Assembly (NCBI RefSeq): GCF_006345805.1
Contig: NW_021835491.1
Location: 1 to 40,526, forward strand
DNA: 40,526 bases
Reading direction: 5' to 3'
DNA from: Octopus sinensis
Taxonomy: Eukaryota
The translations under genes and the position numbers were made by a program. Below the pieces are notes generated by a model. It was given only the letters and a program-made list of their open reading frames with translations, made no database searches and had not been told where the DNA came from. Positions 12,931 through 24,834 of the stretch are shown one piece after another. Every line of letters begins with the position of its first letter. Positions within the stretch are counted from its first letter, which is position 1.

Positions 12931-13770
12931 AGCAACACCATGTATGCAGGCAGAGATAAATGAAATCGATAACATCACCAACGATAATAATAACAGTAAC
13001 AACTCACGGTGCCATGTTATCGAAGGATTCATTTCTTGAAAATACAAGATGGAATAGAAATCAGCCAATGTTAACCATGGAAAACCAAAACAAATAAATA
13101 AAATGAGGCAATAAATAAATAAATAAATAAAAACAGCGCGGTAAGAGAGCAAGAATAGAAAAATTGAAGGAAACGAAAAGATGTAATGTCAGATTGCAGG
13201 TAGAGCAGGAGTATAATAATAATAATAATAATAAAAAAAGAGTTAGTAAGAGTAATAGTAGTTAGCAATAAAGAGTGCCATAAAACTTGTAGAAAATCAA
13301 AGAACAAGAACTCAAAAGACGGAACAGAAAATTTAATGTAATAAATGACATGAAAATAAAACAATACCTAGCCACCCGCCACGCAATATTTCTTACGACA
13401 TAAAATATTTCAAGTGGATTAAAAATGACTGAAAGAGAGGAATTATTAAATGGGGTAAGTGGGAGTGGGGGGGTGGAGTGGAGAGAGAAGTAAAAAAGAG
13501 AGAGAGAAAGAAGAAAGCAACAAGCAAAGAAGAAGAAGAAGAATGTTCTTCAGCTGATGTATATGTAAGAACAAACGAAATCAAACTGAAAATCTGAAAA
13601 AAAAAATGTCGAGAAATGTCGGAATACAATTGAAAGTCATTTGAGTCAAAGGGGAAGTAGGTGAGGGGAGGAATCTACGCGATCATTAGATCTGTTAGAA
13701 ATAGTAACTAATTCCCTTTCAAACCATTTCTTACTACTTAGAAAAGGTGATCTATATTGGATAACGTCGC

Positions 13771-13944
13771 CGATGCTGATGTGTTTATGTCCCCCGTCAC
13801 TTAGCGGTTCGGCAAAAAGAGACCGATAGAATAAGTACTGGGCTTACAAAAGAATAAGTCCCGGGGTCGAGATGCTCGACTAAAGGCGGTGCTTCAGCAT
13901 GGCCGCAGTCAAATGACTGAAAAAAGTAAAAGAGTCAAAGAGTA
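13771..13944 (+). mobile_element. SINE family B, 3' half
   Basis: Near-identical to 1571-1740. Confidence 0.9.
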
Positions 13945-14178
13945 TAGTGACACTATGTCCGAATAAAGACAATGTGTTGGCAGAATCTTTGGAGCGTTGC
14001 ATATGTCACCTTGTGGTGTTCGGCCCAACAATGTTTAACTCCCAGTTCAACATCACATCGAATTCAATTTTGTCTTTCATATTTACAGCAAGGATAAGGT
14101 ACGACCTCAGTCTTGGGGGGCGATTTTCGCCTTTCCTCTCTCCTTGGATTGTGTCTATAATATAAAAATCGATTCTGA

Positions 14179-14791
14179 GACGGCGAGCTGGCAGAAACGT
14201 TAGCACACCGGGCGAAATGCTCAGCGATATTTCATCTGCCGTTACGTTCTGAGTTCAAATTACGCCGAGGTCGACTTTGCCTTTCATCCTTTCGGGGTCG
14301 ATTAAATAAGTACCAGTTACGCACTGGGGTCGCTATAATCGTCTTAATCCGCTTGTCTGTCCTTGTTTGTCCCCTCTATGTTTAGCCCCTTGTGGGTAAT
14401 AAAGAAATAGGTATTTCGTCTACGGCTACGTTCTGAGTTCAAATTCCGCCGAGGTCGACTTTGCCTTTCATCTTTTCGGGGTCGATTAAATAAGTACCAG
14501 TTACGCACTGGGGTCGATATAATCGTCTTAATCCGTTCGTCTGTCCTTGTTTGTCCCCTCTATGTGTAGCCCTTTGTGGGCAGTAAAGAAATAAGAATCG
14601 TTAGCAGGCCAGCCAAAATACTTAGAAGTATTTCATCGGTTTTTCTGTTCCGAGTTCAAATTCCGTCGAGGTCAGCTTTGCTTTTAATTCTTTCGGGTTC
14701 GATAAAATAAATGCCAGTTAAGTACTGGGGTGGATGTAATCGACTTACCCCTCGCCTAAAATTGCTGGCCTTGTGCTAAAATTTGAAACCA
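14179..14791 (+). mobile_element. Three head-to-tail family A SINE units
   Basis: Units 14179-14410, 14411-14594 and 14595-14791 all contain GAGTTCAAATT..GAGGTC..CTTTGC..TTTCGGG.TCGAT.AAATAA..CCAGTT. Units 1 and 2 share one tail; unit 3 has the tail seen at 878-1063. Confidence 0.9.
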
Positions 14792-16037
14792 GTATAAAAA
14801 TCCATTCGCTTTACTTTGTCTCACGCTGATTTGGCCAAACAAATGCGCCAAGGGTATCCATGTCGGTGAAACATTTACCCATTTACGCTTTTGTTTCCCG
14901 AGTAGAGAGCAGATATTCATTTTGTTATACAATTGAATGGTATTTGTTATTCCAGTTGAATGGAATACATTTGGTCGAACGACTGAACGCCCATCGTCGA
15001 AACCGACGGAGAATCCACCAAGCCTGAACGGTGATGTAGTATGGGTATAGCCACAAGGTATAGCCACAAAATTTCAAAAGAAGAAAATAGGATAGTAATA
15101 ATAATAAGAAATTTGCAGGACTTGCACTGGTAATCCATGCTAAGCACCGTTCCCAGAATACAATTCTTCTAAATACTGTACTGCTCCAAAAAGGACCATT
15201 TTGATCGACTGGCAATGTCTCGCTTACTATGACACTAGCAAAACATAACCAACCAAAGAGTGTTCCTTTTCGCTTCTCTTTCATACAGCTTCTTCTGGCC
15301 CTATATCTGAATTAGCTTGCTATTATTGTCTCGTCACCTACCCCTAATATAACCGCCAAACCAGGCACTGATCATCTTCGCTGTTTATGTTGATCTACAG
15401 AATTACAGTCTCATTCACTTAGGGGAAGAGAACCTGATGACGGAATCAGTCACAATTTAATGACTCAATGCATGAAACGACACACAATATCTCTCCCTGC
15501 TACATCTTTCTGCCGTCATCAGCCAATCTCACGTTTTCCACCATCTTTTTTTTCTCAACCTATTCCTTTATATTACTCTATCACCTCACCTTTTTAGTGG
15601 TCTTCCTGTACATCTACCTTAATTATATTCATCAAAAAACCTCTTGTTGTTTAATCCTATAGGTCTATGGTCAAACCCATTCCAACCGTGACCAACTCAT
15701 ATTTTGCCAAGTAGATTACACGCAGGACCACATTATTCAATATTCTTTCTTTTTTGTAAGACAGCATGGTATGATTTTAGGGAGAATTAGTTGTTATTGC
15801 TAGCAAATAGAACGTGTATGTAGAGGCACCTTCGTCGCCTCCAGTAGGGCGCCATGTGACTGTTTTAGAGAGCAAGCTCATTATATTTCTCCAATTAATT
15901 AGTAAAGAACAAACGTGATATCGTGAGGGATGGCTCTGATCTACTTAATTACCGAGGACACAACAGAAGAGTAATTTTTAATGATATCCAATAATTGTGG
16001 AAGATTAACCAACTTGTGTCTAATTAACCAACAGGTA

Positions 16038-16725
16038 CAGGGTTTGAACAAAATAATGGAACACCTAGCATCATAGCATCATAAGTTTGAAGTATCTATA
16101 AAACCGTCAAAAGCTTGTTTGTTTTTATGTTTTTTGATTTATTATTAGTGTTGCTTAACATGTTTTGTTAAAATTGCTGTTTATTTTCAGATATCATCAA
16201 AAAAGGGTTATTAAAATTCATTTAAAATGACAGATCTATCGGACTTTCAAAGAGGTCAAATTATTGGTGCTCGTATGGCAGGCGCTAGCGTAACGAAAAC
16301 AGCCGAAATGTTTGGTGTATCAAGAAGTACTGTCTCGAAAGTAATGACAACCTTTGAGAAAGAGGGAAAAATCTCCTCGTCGAAACAAAACTCCGGAAGA
16401 AAACTAGAACTTTCAGATAGGGACCGCCGGACTCTTACCCGAATTGTTAGAAAGTATCCCCAAAGTACAGTTCCCAGAATTACTGCAGAGTTTAATGGCC
16501 ATCTCGAGAACCCAGTTTCCACAAAAACTGTTCGCCGGGAGCTGCACAAAGCCGGATTTCACGGGAGGGTTGCAATGAGAAAGCCCCTGCTTTCAAAAAC
16601 AAACATTGCAAAGCGTTTAGAGTGGAGTAAAAATCCACAGAATTGGTCCCTAGAGCGAGCGGTGGAATAATATTATTTTCGCGGACGAGTCATTAATTAC
16701 CTTATTTCCGACCACCGGGATATAA
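16038..16725 (+). mobile_element. Tc1-family DNA transposon, 3'-truncated
   Basis: TA|CAGGGTTTGAACAAAATAATGGAACACC terminus followed by a transposase ORF. No matching right TIR seen. Confidence 0.85.
16227..16725 (+). pseudogene. Tc1 transposase: paired HTH DNA-binding region, frameshifted at the start of the DDE domain
   Basis: ORF 16227-16670 MTDLSDFQRGQIIGAR..GRKxxLSDRDRRTLTRIVRK..TVRRELHKAGFHGR..RKPLL. A shifted frame from 16663 reads WNNIIFADESLITLF, containing the first catalytic D (typical W..VxFSDES). Confidence 0.92.
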
Positions 16726-16867
16726 TTTTTAGGGAAAACATGACCGTCATAATGCTGCTGCTGCTGCTGCTGATGATGATGATGATGACAGTGCTATTCT
16801 TGTTGAAGATGACAGTAAAGATGGCGATGATGATGATGATGATGACGACGACAACGACGATGACGAT

Positions 16868-16884
16868 GTATGTATGTATGTATG

Positions 16885-16918
<34 letters not shown>

Positions 16919-16928
16919 TGTATGTATG

Positions 16929-16962
<34 letters not shown>

Positions 16963-16990
16963 TGTACGTATGTATGTATGTATGTGAATG

Positions 16991-17024
<34 letters not shown>

Positions 17025-17062
17025 TATATGTATGTATGTATATATGTATGTATGTATGTATG

Positions 17063-17096
<34 letters not shown>

Positions 17097-17162
17097 TGTG
17101 AATGTATGTATGTATGTATGTATGTGAATGTATGTATGTATGTATGTTTGTATGTATGTATG

Positions 17163-17196
<34 letters not shown>

Positions 17197-17230
17197 TGTA
17201 TGTATATATGTATGTATATATGTATGTATG

Positions 17231-17262
<32 letters not shown>

Positions 17263-17290
17263 CATGTATATATGTATGTATATATGTATG

Positions 17291-17323
<33 letters not shown>

Positions 17324-17370
17324 GAATGTATGTATGTATGTATGTATGTATGTATGTATGTATGTATATG
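16868..17370. repeat. ~500 bp (TATG)n array flanked by (GAT)n-rich units
   Basis: Direct reading. Confidence 0.95.
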
Positions 17371-18259
17371 TGTGTGCGTGTGTGTGTGTGTATAGGAGGG
17401 TAAACGAAGCAGCCTCTATGTGGTCGCTGTTCTTATTGAAGATGATAACGGTGATGATGATGACGATGATGATGATGACCATTATGATGTTGATTACAAC
17501 GACGATGACGACGACGGTGTTATTTTTGTTTCTGTTTGTTGTTGTTGTTTCGGTTGGCCCTGATGGTTGTAGTGAAAGGTATTGTTTTCACATTTCTTTT
17601 TATTGGTGTTGTTTCCGTCGCTGTCGGCGTTGATGTTCACATTGTTGTTGTTGTCCGTACTTCCTCTGCTAATACAGAATGGTACGAAACTGGTGACGCA
17701 TTGGCTGTGGGAACAAGCTAACTACTCCCTTGAAATGCGAAGCCATATTGTTCATTAACAAAAAAACAAAACAAAAAACAAAATTTAAATTTGCTATTAT
17801 AAGGTTATCGAAATTCGCTTCCGAAAGGGCCAAATTTTTACAAAGCGAACGAGCCCCAGAGAATACTGTTTGGCCAAATGACAAAATGATTCAAGAACAA
17901 AAAAAAAAAAAAAAAAAAATTTTAAATCACTTTCTTCAAAGCAACAAATTTCAATAATTTACGATCTCCAAAACGACATTTTTCTCAGGCAATAATAATA
18001 ATAACAACAACAACGACGACGAGGATGATCAGGATGATGGTGATGATGACGATGATGATGACGGTAATGCTGATATCCTGATAGCTATTGTGGTTAGTAC
18101 CCACACAATTAAACAACACTTGAAAGAAACCAAAAAAAAAAAAAATCAAATCCTGAACTAATCAAAATTATAAAAAAAAGGGGAAAAAACCCCCAAAAAT
18201 TGTAAAATATAAAAGTGCCCACAAAATTCCTTCTTTTGAGCGTATTATTATTATTATTA

Positions 18260-18290
<31 letters not shown>

Positions 18291-18667
18291 GTTATTATTA
18301 TCATCATACCGTGAGAAATTTTGTCGAAGCGCTAGCAGCAAGCAATACGATGTATCTCTGGCCAGTAGCCATATTTTGATTTCGTATTTGGATCTGGTTG
18401 GTTTAATGAGAAAATTAACCAAGCGAAAATTAATGGAAAAGAACTGTTTGTCAGTAATTCATGTAGAAATGCAACACAGTATTAAAGAATTATAGCTTCA
18501 ATATATTGTATTTTGAATAAAATAGCCAAAATAATTGAAGACAATGCGAAATGCCTTGTGGCAGTTTCGAGAGCATGGACGGTCAAGTTCAGGGAAAAAG
18601 GCTCAGTAAATCGTGCCCTGTTGTTGACATTGTATTGTATACATTGTCAACATACTTAACTCTTAAT

Positions 18668-19372
18668 GAACCGGCCAATGAGGGAGTACCGAGGTGGCCG
18701 CTCAAGGGAGCCAACAAGGTGGACTATTGACCATTCATTGTGAAACTATGAAACACGTCCAGTCATTAGTGACGCACTGCGAGATTTAAGGGGGAAATGT
18801 AATGGACTTAGAAATAAAGATCTTCCTTCCATATCAACTTATAAAATAATCTAGCCAGAAGCAACGGGCGACCGGCGCAGGCCTGCCTCTACCTCGTGCT
18901 AGCCGCAGTTGTCATCTTTCGGGATTTTACGGGACGGACCACGTCGCCGTATCGACCGCGTGTCTCTCGTGAACGCCTTCCGGCATCGGTCGCGGGTACC
19001 GAGGTGGCCGCTCAAGGGAGCCAACAAGATAGACTATTGACCATTCATTGTGAAACTATGAGACACGTCCAGTCATTAGTGACGCACTGCGAGATTTAAG
19101 GGGGAAATGTAATGGACTTAGAAATAAAGATCTTTTTTCTATATCAAATTATAAAATAATCTAACCAGAAGCATTCATCTAAGCCATTGACTTCTAAAGA
19201 ACCGACCAAGAAGGACTACGTGGAGGGTTGCTTAAGACAGCCAGCAAAGAAGGCAGTCATTCAGTGATTGCGAACCTATGATATGCTGCCTGTTATTAGT
19301 GACAAACCATGAGATTTTGGGTGGAATGTGGTTAACTTTAGGAAAGAAATCTTATAGAAGCATTTTCTTAAA
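18668..19372 (+). repeat. Direct duplication (18686-18863 / 18996-19173) plus an older diverged copy (~19200-19372)
   Basis: 178-bp near-identical pair separated by a 132-bp GC-rich insert. The third copy aligns loosely (ATTG.GAA.CTATGA..ATTAGTGAC..GAGATTT..AATCTT). Confidence 0.85.
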
Positions 19373-19554
19373 GCTAAAATGCATGTTTATATGTAAACTG
19401 GCATGTATCAACAATAGGATTATCAAATAAATTAATATTTAGACACACCTGGTCTCATTTGTTACAGTTTCAAGTGCTGCTGTCTTGCTCATGGCTTTCC
19501 CAAGGTCACTTTTATCCTCTTTTACGTTCCACTGATCTCATTGTGGTCGCGCTG

Positions 19555-19784
19555 GTGACACAAAATCTATGCGTGTAAAAACTCAAGTAATTGACCCTTG
19601 TCATTTATGCTGTCGATCTCACACTGCTTCGGACAACTTGACCGAAGCCTCCAAGCAACAGTAGTCGTTCCTAGCTGTGGATTTCTTCAATTGTTCTTTG
19701 ACCATAAAATTCGTCCTTTGTAACTTGAACAGAAAGGAGACTCGGTGCATAGAACACTGACAAGGTAGGCCATATAAGGAACGG
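19555..19784 (-). pseudogene. Decayed AP-endonuclease fragment of an RTE-like LINE
   Basis: Minus frames read TLSVFYAPSLLSVQVTKDEFYGQRTIEEIHS*ERLLLLGGFGQVV and DSINDKGQLLEFLH. These match the LINE APE motifs ISAYAP..KDEFY..LIILGDFNARVG and NENGxxLLEF. Confidence 0.7.
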
Positions 19785-19874
19785 AAGTAGGCAAATCCGT
19801 CCAGTCAATCACCTGTAGCTGGACTCCACCATCTTCAGCACTCGTCTCGTCTAAGTCCTATGTATGCATGCATT

Positions 19875-20197
19875 GGAGCACTCCGTCGATTACGACGACG
19901 AGGGTCCCAGCTAATACGATCAACGGAACAGCCTGCTCGTGAAATTAACGTGCAAGTGACTGAGCAATCCACAGACACCTGTACCCCTAACGTAATTCTC
20001 AGGGAGATTCAGCGTGACACAGAGTGTAACAAGGCCGGCCCTTTGAAATACAGGTACAACTCGTTTTTGCCAGCTGAGTGGACTGGAGCAACGTAAAATA
20101 AAGTGTCTTGCTCAAGGACACAACGCATCGCCGGGAATCGAACTCACGACCTTACAATCGCGAGCCGAATGCCCTAACCACTAAGCCACGCGCCTTC
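19875..20197 (-). mobile_element. tRNA-derived SINE, head 1 + tail Y
   Basis: Head and central part as 2387-2520; tail GTACCTGTATTTCAAAGGGCCGGCC..CGACGGAGTGCTCC as in the 26632 copy. Confidence 0.9.
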
Positions 20198-20246
20198 ACA
20201 TGTATGTATGTATGTATGTATGTATGTATGTATGTATGTGTGTGTG

Positions 20247-20410
20247 AGGGTAAACGAAGTGGCCTCTACGTGGTCGCCTGATCTTCTAGAAATAACAGCC
20301 ATATCATGCTCCAACAGTCTTAGAAAAGAACAAATTGGATAATGTAACTCCGTTTCTTGAACGCAGAGAAAAGGTGGGATGGTCACGGTGTGATCACAAG
20401 TCTGCTTGAT
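20247..20410. repeat. Unclassified interspersed repeat (GGGTAAACGAAG..GTGGTCGC..TAGAAATA.CAGCC..GGGATGGTC)
   Basis: Related pieces at 17396-17425, 37995-38155, ~12225-12250 and reverse-complemented at ~15660-15815. Confidence 0.6.
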
Positions 20411-21739
20411 TTGAACTGACATGGAGTCCGAAATACAACACCAAACAAAAATATCAATAACGGCAACAACAAGAATAACAAACGCAAGCAAAACAACAGT
20501 TACAACAACAACAAAGGAACAAATCCCAGCCATTGAGAGAAAATGTTTGGTGATAAGAAAATTCCGAACCGGTGATCAATTATCGATATCTTTAGTCTTA
20601 TCGAACGATTGATTTTAAAACTGACTGAAATATTTGTCCTTATTTTCCTTTGCATAAGGTTCTGTGTAAATTAATGGTATGTGTATATGTGTGTGAGTGG
20701 GTATATATGGATATATGTGTGTATGTTTGTGTGTATATAAGCCCGTCTGTGTGAATGTGTGCACTTGTGTGTGTGCGTGTGTGTACTTTGTCCAAAGCTG
20801 TAAAGAGGTTATCAAAACATCTAAATCACGTGATTTTGCCCCATTTTCATAAACATTTATTTTTGTTTTCCGAGCAGCCCTTGAGACGTGAGATATGAGA
20901 TGTTTCTGGCCAAGATGTCAGTGACCCAGTAGATAAGAACGCTATTTCTCTCAATTTTTTTACAAATAAATGGTTTCCGGTTCGAATCTAGTCTGAGCTA
21001 AACAACAACTAATTTGGTTTCAAATTTTAGCACAATAACTATCTCCTTTTTATATCTGCTTTGAATATATACAGAATTAAGCAGGGACCAAAGAACATTC
21101 TCATAAAACATGGTGGTTTTCTTCTCTCCCTCCACTGCCCTCGTAGACCTTATAGAAAAATTCATGAGCGCTGCCCCAGCCTTTTGTAAACTAAACCATA
21201 AGAAAATGTAAAGATGGCGTCTTGGCCGCTCTGATGTAAAATAAACAAAGTAGGAAGACGAACTACCTATCAATTGGCTCGAAGATTTCTTATCGACTGG
21301 GCCACTCGTTTAACCTTCTGCCTTTCTAATGACATTAAATTGACTTAAATGGAACTTTCCTCAGATAAAATCGACTGTATTGATAATGTCGTTAAATGAA
21401 TTCACTTCCAAGCTACTGATAAGAAAAACATAAAAATTCAAGCGAGTTTGACATTTGCAATAATAACATTTTAACGACATAAGTCTTCTTCTCTTTCTCT
21501 ATTATTATTATGTTTCTCTCCCTCTCTCCCTCTCTCTCTCACTCTCCCTTCTTTCTCTGATTTCTTTGTCTCTCACTTGCTCCTTCTCACTCTCTCACAC
21601 ACTTTGTTTCTCTTTTCTCCGTTTTGATCTACTTTTCTTTCTTTTTCTCACACTGCACACCTTTTAGCATTTTCTTCACCCACTCTCCGTATATATATAT
21701 ATACACACACACACACACATACATACATACATACATACA

Positions 21740-21775
<36 letters not shown>

Positions 21776-21802
21776 TATACGCACACATACATACATATAT
21801 AT

Positions 21803-21834
<32 letters not shown>

Positions 21835-22029
21835 CATACACATATATACATATACATACATATATATACATATATAAATATATATATATACATGCATGCA
21901 CATACATGTATACATACATGTATACGTACACATACACACACACACATACATACATACATACTACATACATACATACATACATACTACATACATATATATA
22001 TATACGCACACATACATACATATATATAT

Positions 22030-23350
22030 ATATATATATCTATATATATATATATATATACATACATATATACATATACATACATATATATACATATATA
22101 AATATATATATATACATGCATGCATATACATGTATACATACATGTATACGTACACATACACACACACACAGGTAATTCTTTGTCTCTATTTCCCCTCTCT
22201 TTTTCCCTTCTCCTATAGTTCTTTCATTCTCTCGTATTCTCGTTATGTGTTTAACACACACACACACACACGCTCTTTCATTCCTGTTCTGCATCGTTTT
22301 ATCCCCCCCCTGTCTCCTAATTAGATACAACTTGCCACAACCAGTGGATCACAAAAGCCTCTTTGAGAATTCTCAAAACTCAAACAACGAATCGGTGAGC
22401 AATGAACCAAGTTGCGACCAACGCTCTTTAATTATAGCACGGTGGGAGGATCTAAACCCACCCCTGCTTCCTACCGAAACATCATTCCAATGTTATAGGG
22501 GTCATATGTTGTTGCTAAGTGGGGTTGGCGTTAAAATGATTGATTCATAGTGACAGAGTGCTTGGTATACAAATTCATTTCGTAACCACTTCCTTCTGCT
22601 TTGGGTCCCATTACGTAGTATCTTGGATATACATATATACACACACACGTACAAAGATAATTATATACCCGTATATATATATCTATATATATATATATAT
22701 TATATATATATATATATATATACATACACATATATACATATACATACATATATATACATATATAAATATATATATATACATGCATGCATATACATGTATA
22801 CATACATGTATACGTACACATACACACACACAGGTAATTCTTTGTCTCTATTTCCCCTCTTTTTCCCTTCTCCTATAGTTCTTTAATTCTCTCGTATTCT
22901 CGTTATGTCTTTCATACACACACACACACACACACACAGACACACACACACACTCTTTCATTCCTGTTCTGCATCGTTTTATCCCCCCCGGTCTCCTAAT
23001 TAGATACAACTTGCCACAACCAGTGGATCACAAAAGCCTCTTTGAGAATTCTCAAAACTCAAACAACGAATCGGTGAGCAATGAACCAAGTTGCGACCAA
23101 CGCTCTTTAATTATAGCACGGTGGGAGGATCTAAACCCACCCCTGCTTCCTACCGAAACATCATTCCAATGTTATAGGGGTCATATGTTGTTGCTAAGTG
23201 GGGTTGGCGTTTAAAATGATTGATTCATAGTGACAGAGTGCTTGGTATACAAATTCATTTCGTAACCACTTCCTTCTGCTTTGGGTCCCATTACGTAGTA
23301 TCTTGGATATACATATATACACACACACGTACAAAGATAATTATATACCC

Positions 23351-23360
<10 letters not shown>
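22030..23360. repeat. Recent tandem duplication, unit ~660-680 bp
   Basis: 22171-22680 and 22833-23355 are nearly identical, differing mainly in microsatellite length. Confidence 0.92.
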
Positions 23361-23399
<39 letters not shown>

Positions 23400-23722
23400 T
23401 ATATTATATATATATATATATAAATATATATATACACACACATATATATATTTAAGTATTTGCGTGCATATATGCTCATATATGATATATATTTATATAT
23501 ATTTATGCATGTGAAAATAAGTGTATATTATTAAATATATGAAAATATTTACGTTTATATATATATGTATATGCATGAATAATTATACATTATATACACA
23601 TATGTGTATATATATATATGTATATATACGTATGTATCCCAACTAGGGACTTATGAATTTTTCCTTTTTAGTTTTATATTGCGTATAGCCACCTTCGTTT
23701 ATATATATATATATATATAATG

Positions 23723-23946
23723 ATATGTTACAATTACTCAATAGTCAAGATAAAACTCTGAGTTTCAGATGCCGAAGTGGAAATCCACAACACCATCTCT
23801 TCGGTTATCTGGCCATCTGAAAAATGCTATGAAAAAATACCGTTATATTACTATTGAGTAATTGTAACATATTATTTTATAGATAAATTTCCTCTATTTA
23901 CATAATATTGAGGTCTCTTTTTTCTTTTGTTATCTTACCGTTTTTA

Positions 23947-23950
<4 letters not shown>
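23723..23950 (-). mobile_element. Probable Penelope-like element terminal repeat with 23-bp inverted repeat
   Basis: Perfect IR at 23723-23745 / 23850-23872 enclosing a hammerhead-like motif. The adjacent ~85 bp recurs at 24838-24925. Confidence 0.55.
23748..23810 (-). ncRNA. Type I hammerhead-ribozyme-like motif (variant core)
   Basis: AGAUAA (stem I) CCGAAGA GAUG..CAUC (stem II) U GAA ACUC-A-GAGU (stem III) U UUAUCU (stem I'). Deviations from consensus: U4 to C and one extra U before G12. Confidence 0.6.
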
Positions 23951-23986
<36 letters not shown>

Positions 23987-24433
23987 CACGCACACATGTA
24001 TTTATTATAAAGTCTGAGGTAAAGTTTGCGTGGTTAGACTTCAGTGTGTAATGAATACGCCGTGGAAAATAAACAGAAATGTGAATATATCTTGACATTT
24101 TCTTCGCAAACAGAAAAGAAACGAAACTGACCGACAATTTTTTGATTAATTAAACATTCTACATTCTTCAGGGAGCAAGCACCCTACACATGCTATTTCC
24201 GAAAAATCACAAAACAGTAAACGCTATTTAAATCAGTCACAAACTGGAAGTTTGTGTAATATTTCCCAAAAATTTCCCAGTTATTCTTTAGTCGTTGGTA
24301 TGATTAAATGCTTAAAAATTTTCATTTACAAATGATATGTATTAGAAAATCATTATATGCATTATTTATACTTTCAGCTGGTATGATTTGCAGTTAAAAC
24401 GGAGTATATATATATATATATATATGTATATAT

Positions 24434-24834
24434 ACTCTTTACTCTTTTACTTGTTTCAGTCGTTTGACTGTGGCCATGCTGGAGCACCGCCTTTAGTCGA
24501 GCAAATCGACCCCCAGGACTTATTCTTTGTAAGCCTAGTACTTATTCTATCGGTCTCTTTTGCCGAAGTTACGGGGACGTAAACATACCAGCATCGGTTG
24601 TCAAGTGATGTTGGGGGGGGGGGGGCAAACACAGACACACAACCATACACACACGCACACACACACATATATATACGACGTGCTTTTTTCAGTTTCCGTC
24701 TATCAAATCCATTCACAAGGCTTTGGTCGGCCCGAGGCTATAGTAGAAGACACCTGCCTATGTTGCCACGCAGTGGGACTGCACCCGGAACCATGTAGTT
24801 GGTAAGCAAGCTACTTACCACACAGCCACTCCTG
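24434..24834 (-). mobile_element. SINE family B, full length
   Basis: Reverse complement of 1327-1742. Confidence 0.9.

Noticed and set aside
12249-12932. Repeated peptides (WESKPRSYDRESAALTTGPLR, DPSLDCESSVPQDGSAL, HNFLSLFLPVS) that look like a paralogous gene family
   Set aside because: They recur because they are read from SINE copies.
14179-14791. Possible CRISPR-like repeat array (also 18668-19372)
   Set aside because: Units are 180-310 bp SINE or duplication units without unique short spacers, the context is eukaryotic, and there are no cas genes.
15434-15440. Other CTGATGA strings (also 27183, 37779, 39877) as hammerhead cores
   Set aside because: No stem II/GAAA/stem III/stem I closure in the required order.
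16697-17633. Long ORFs of 261 and 297 aa, and similar YIHT/CMYV/HTHT/LSIY ORFs at 4391-6119, 8402-9148, 10871-11895, 21624-22886 and 39510-39835
   Set aside because: Translations of stop-free microsatellites; no coding signal.
24375-24386. TTTCAG|CTG|GTATGA as a 3-nt microexon
   Set aside because: The pattern is too short to distinguish from chance and no host gene is established.
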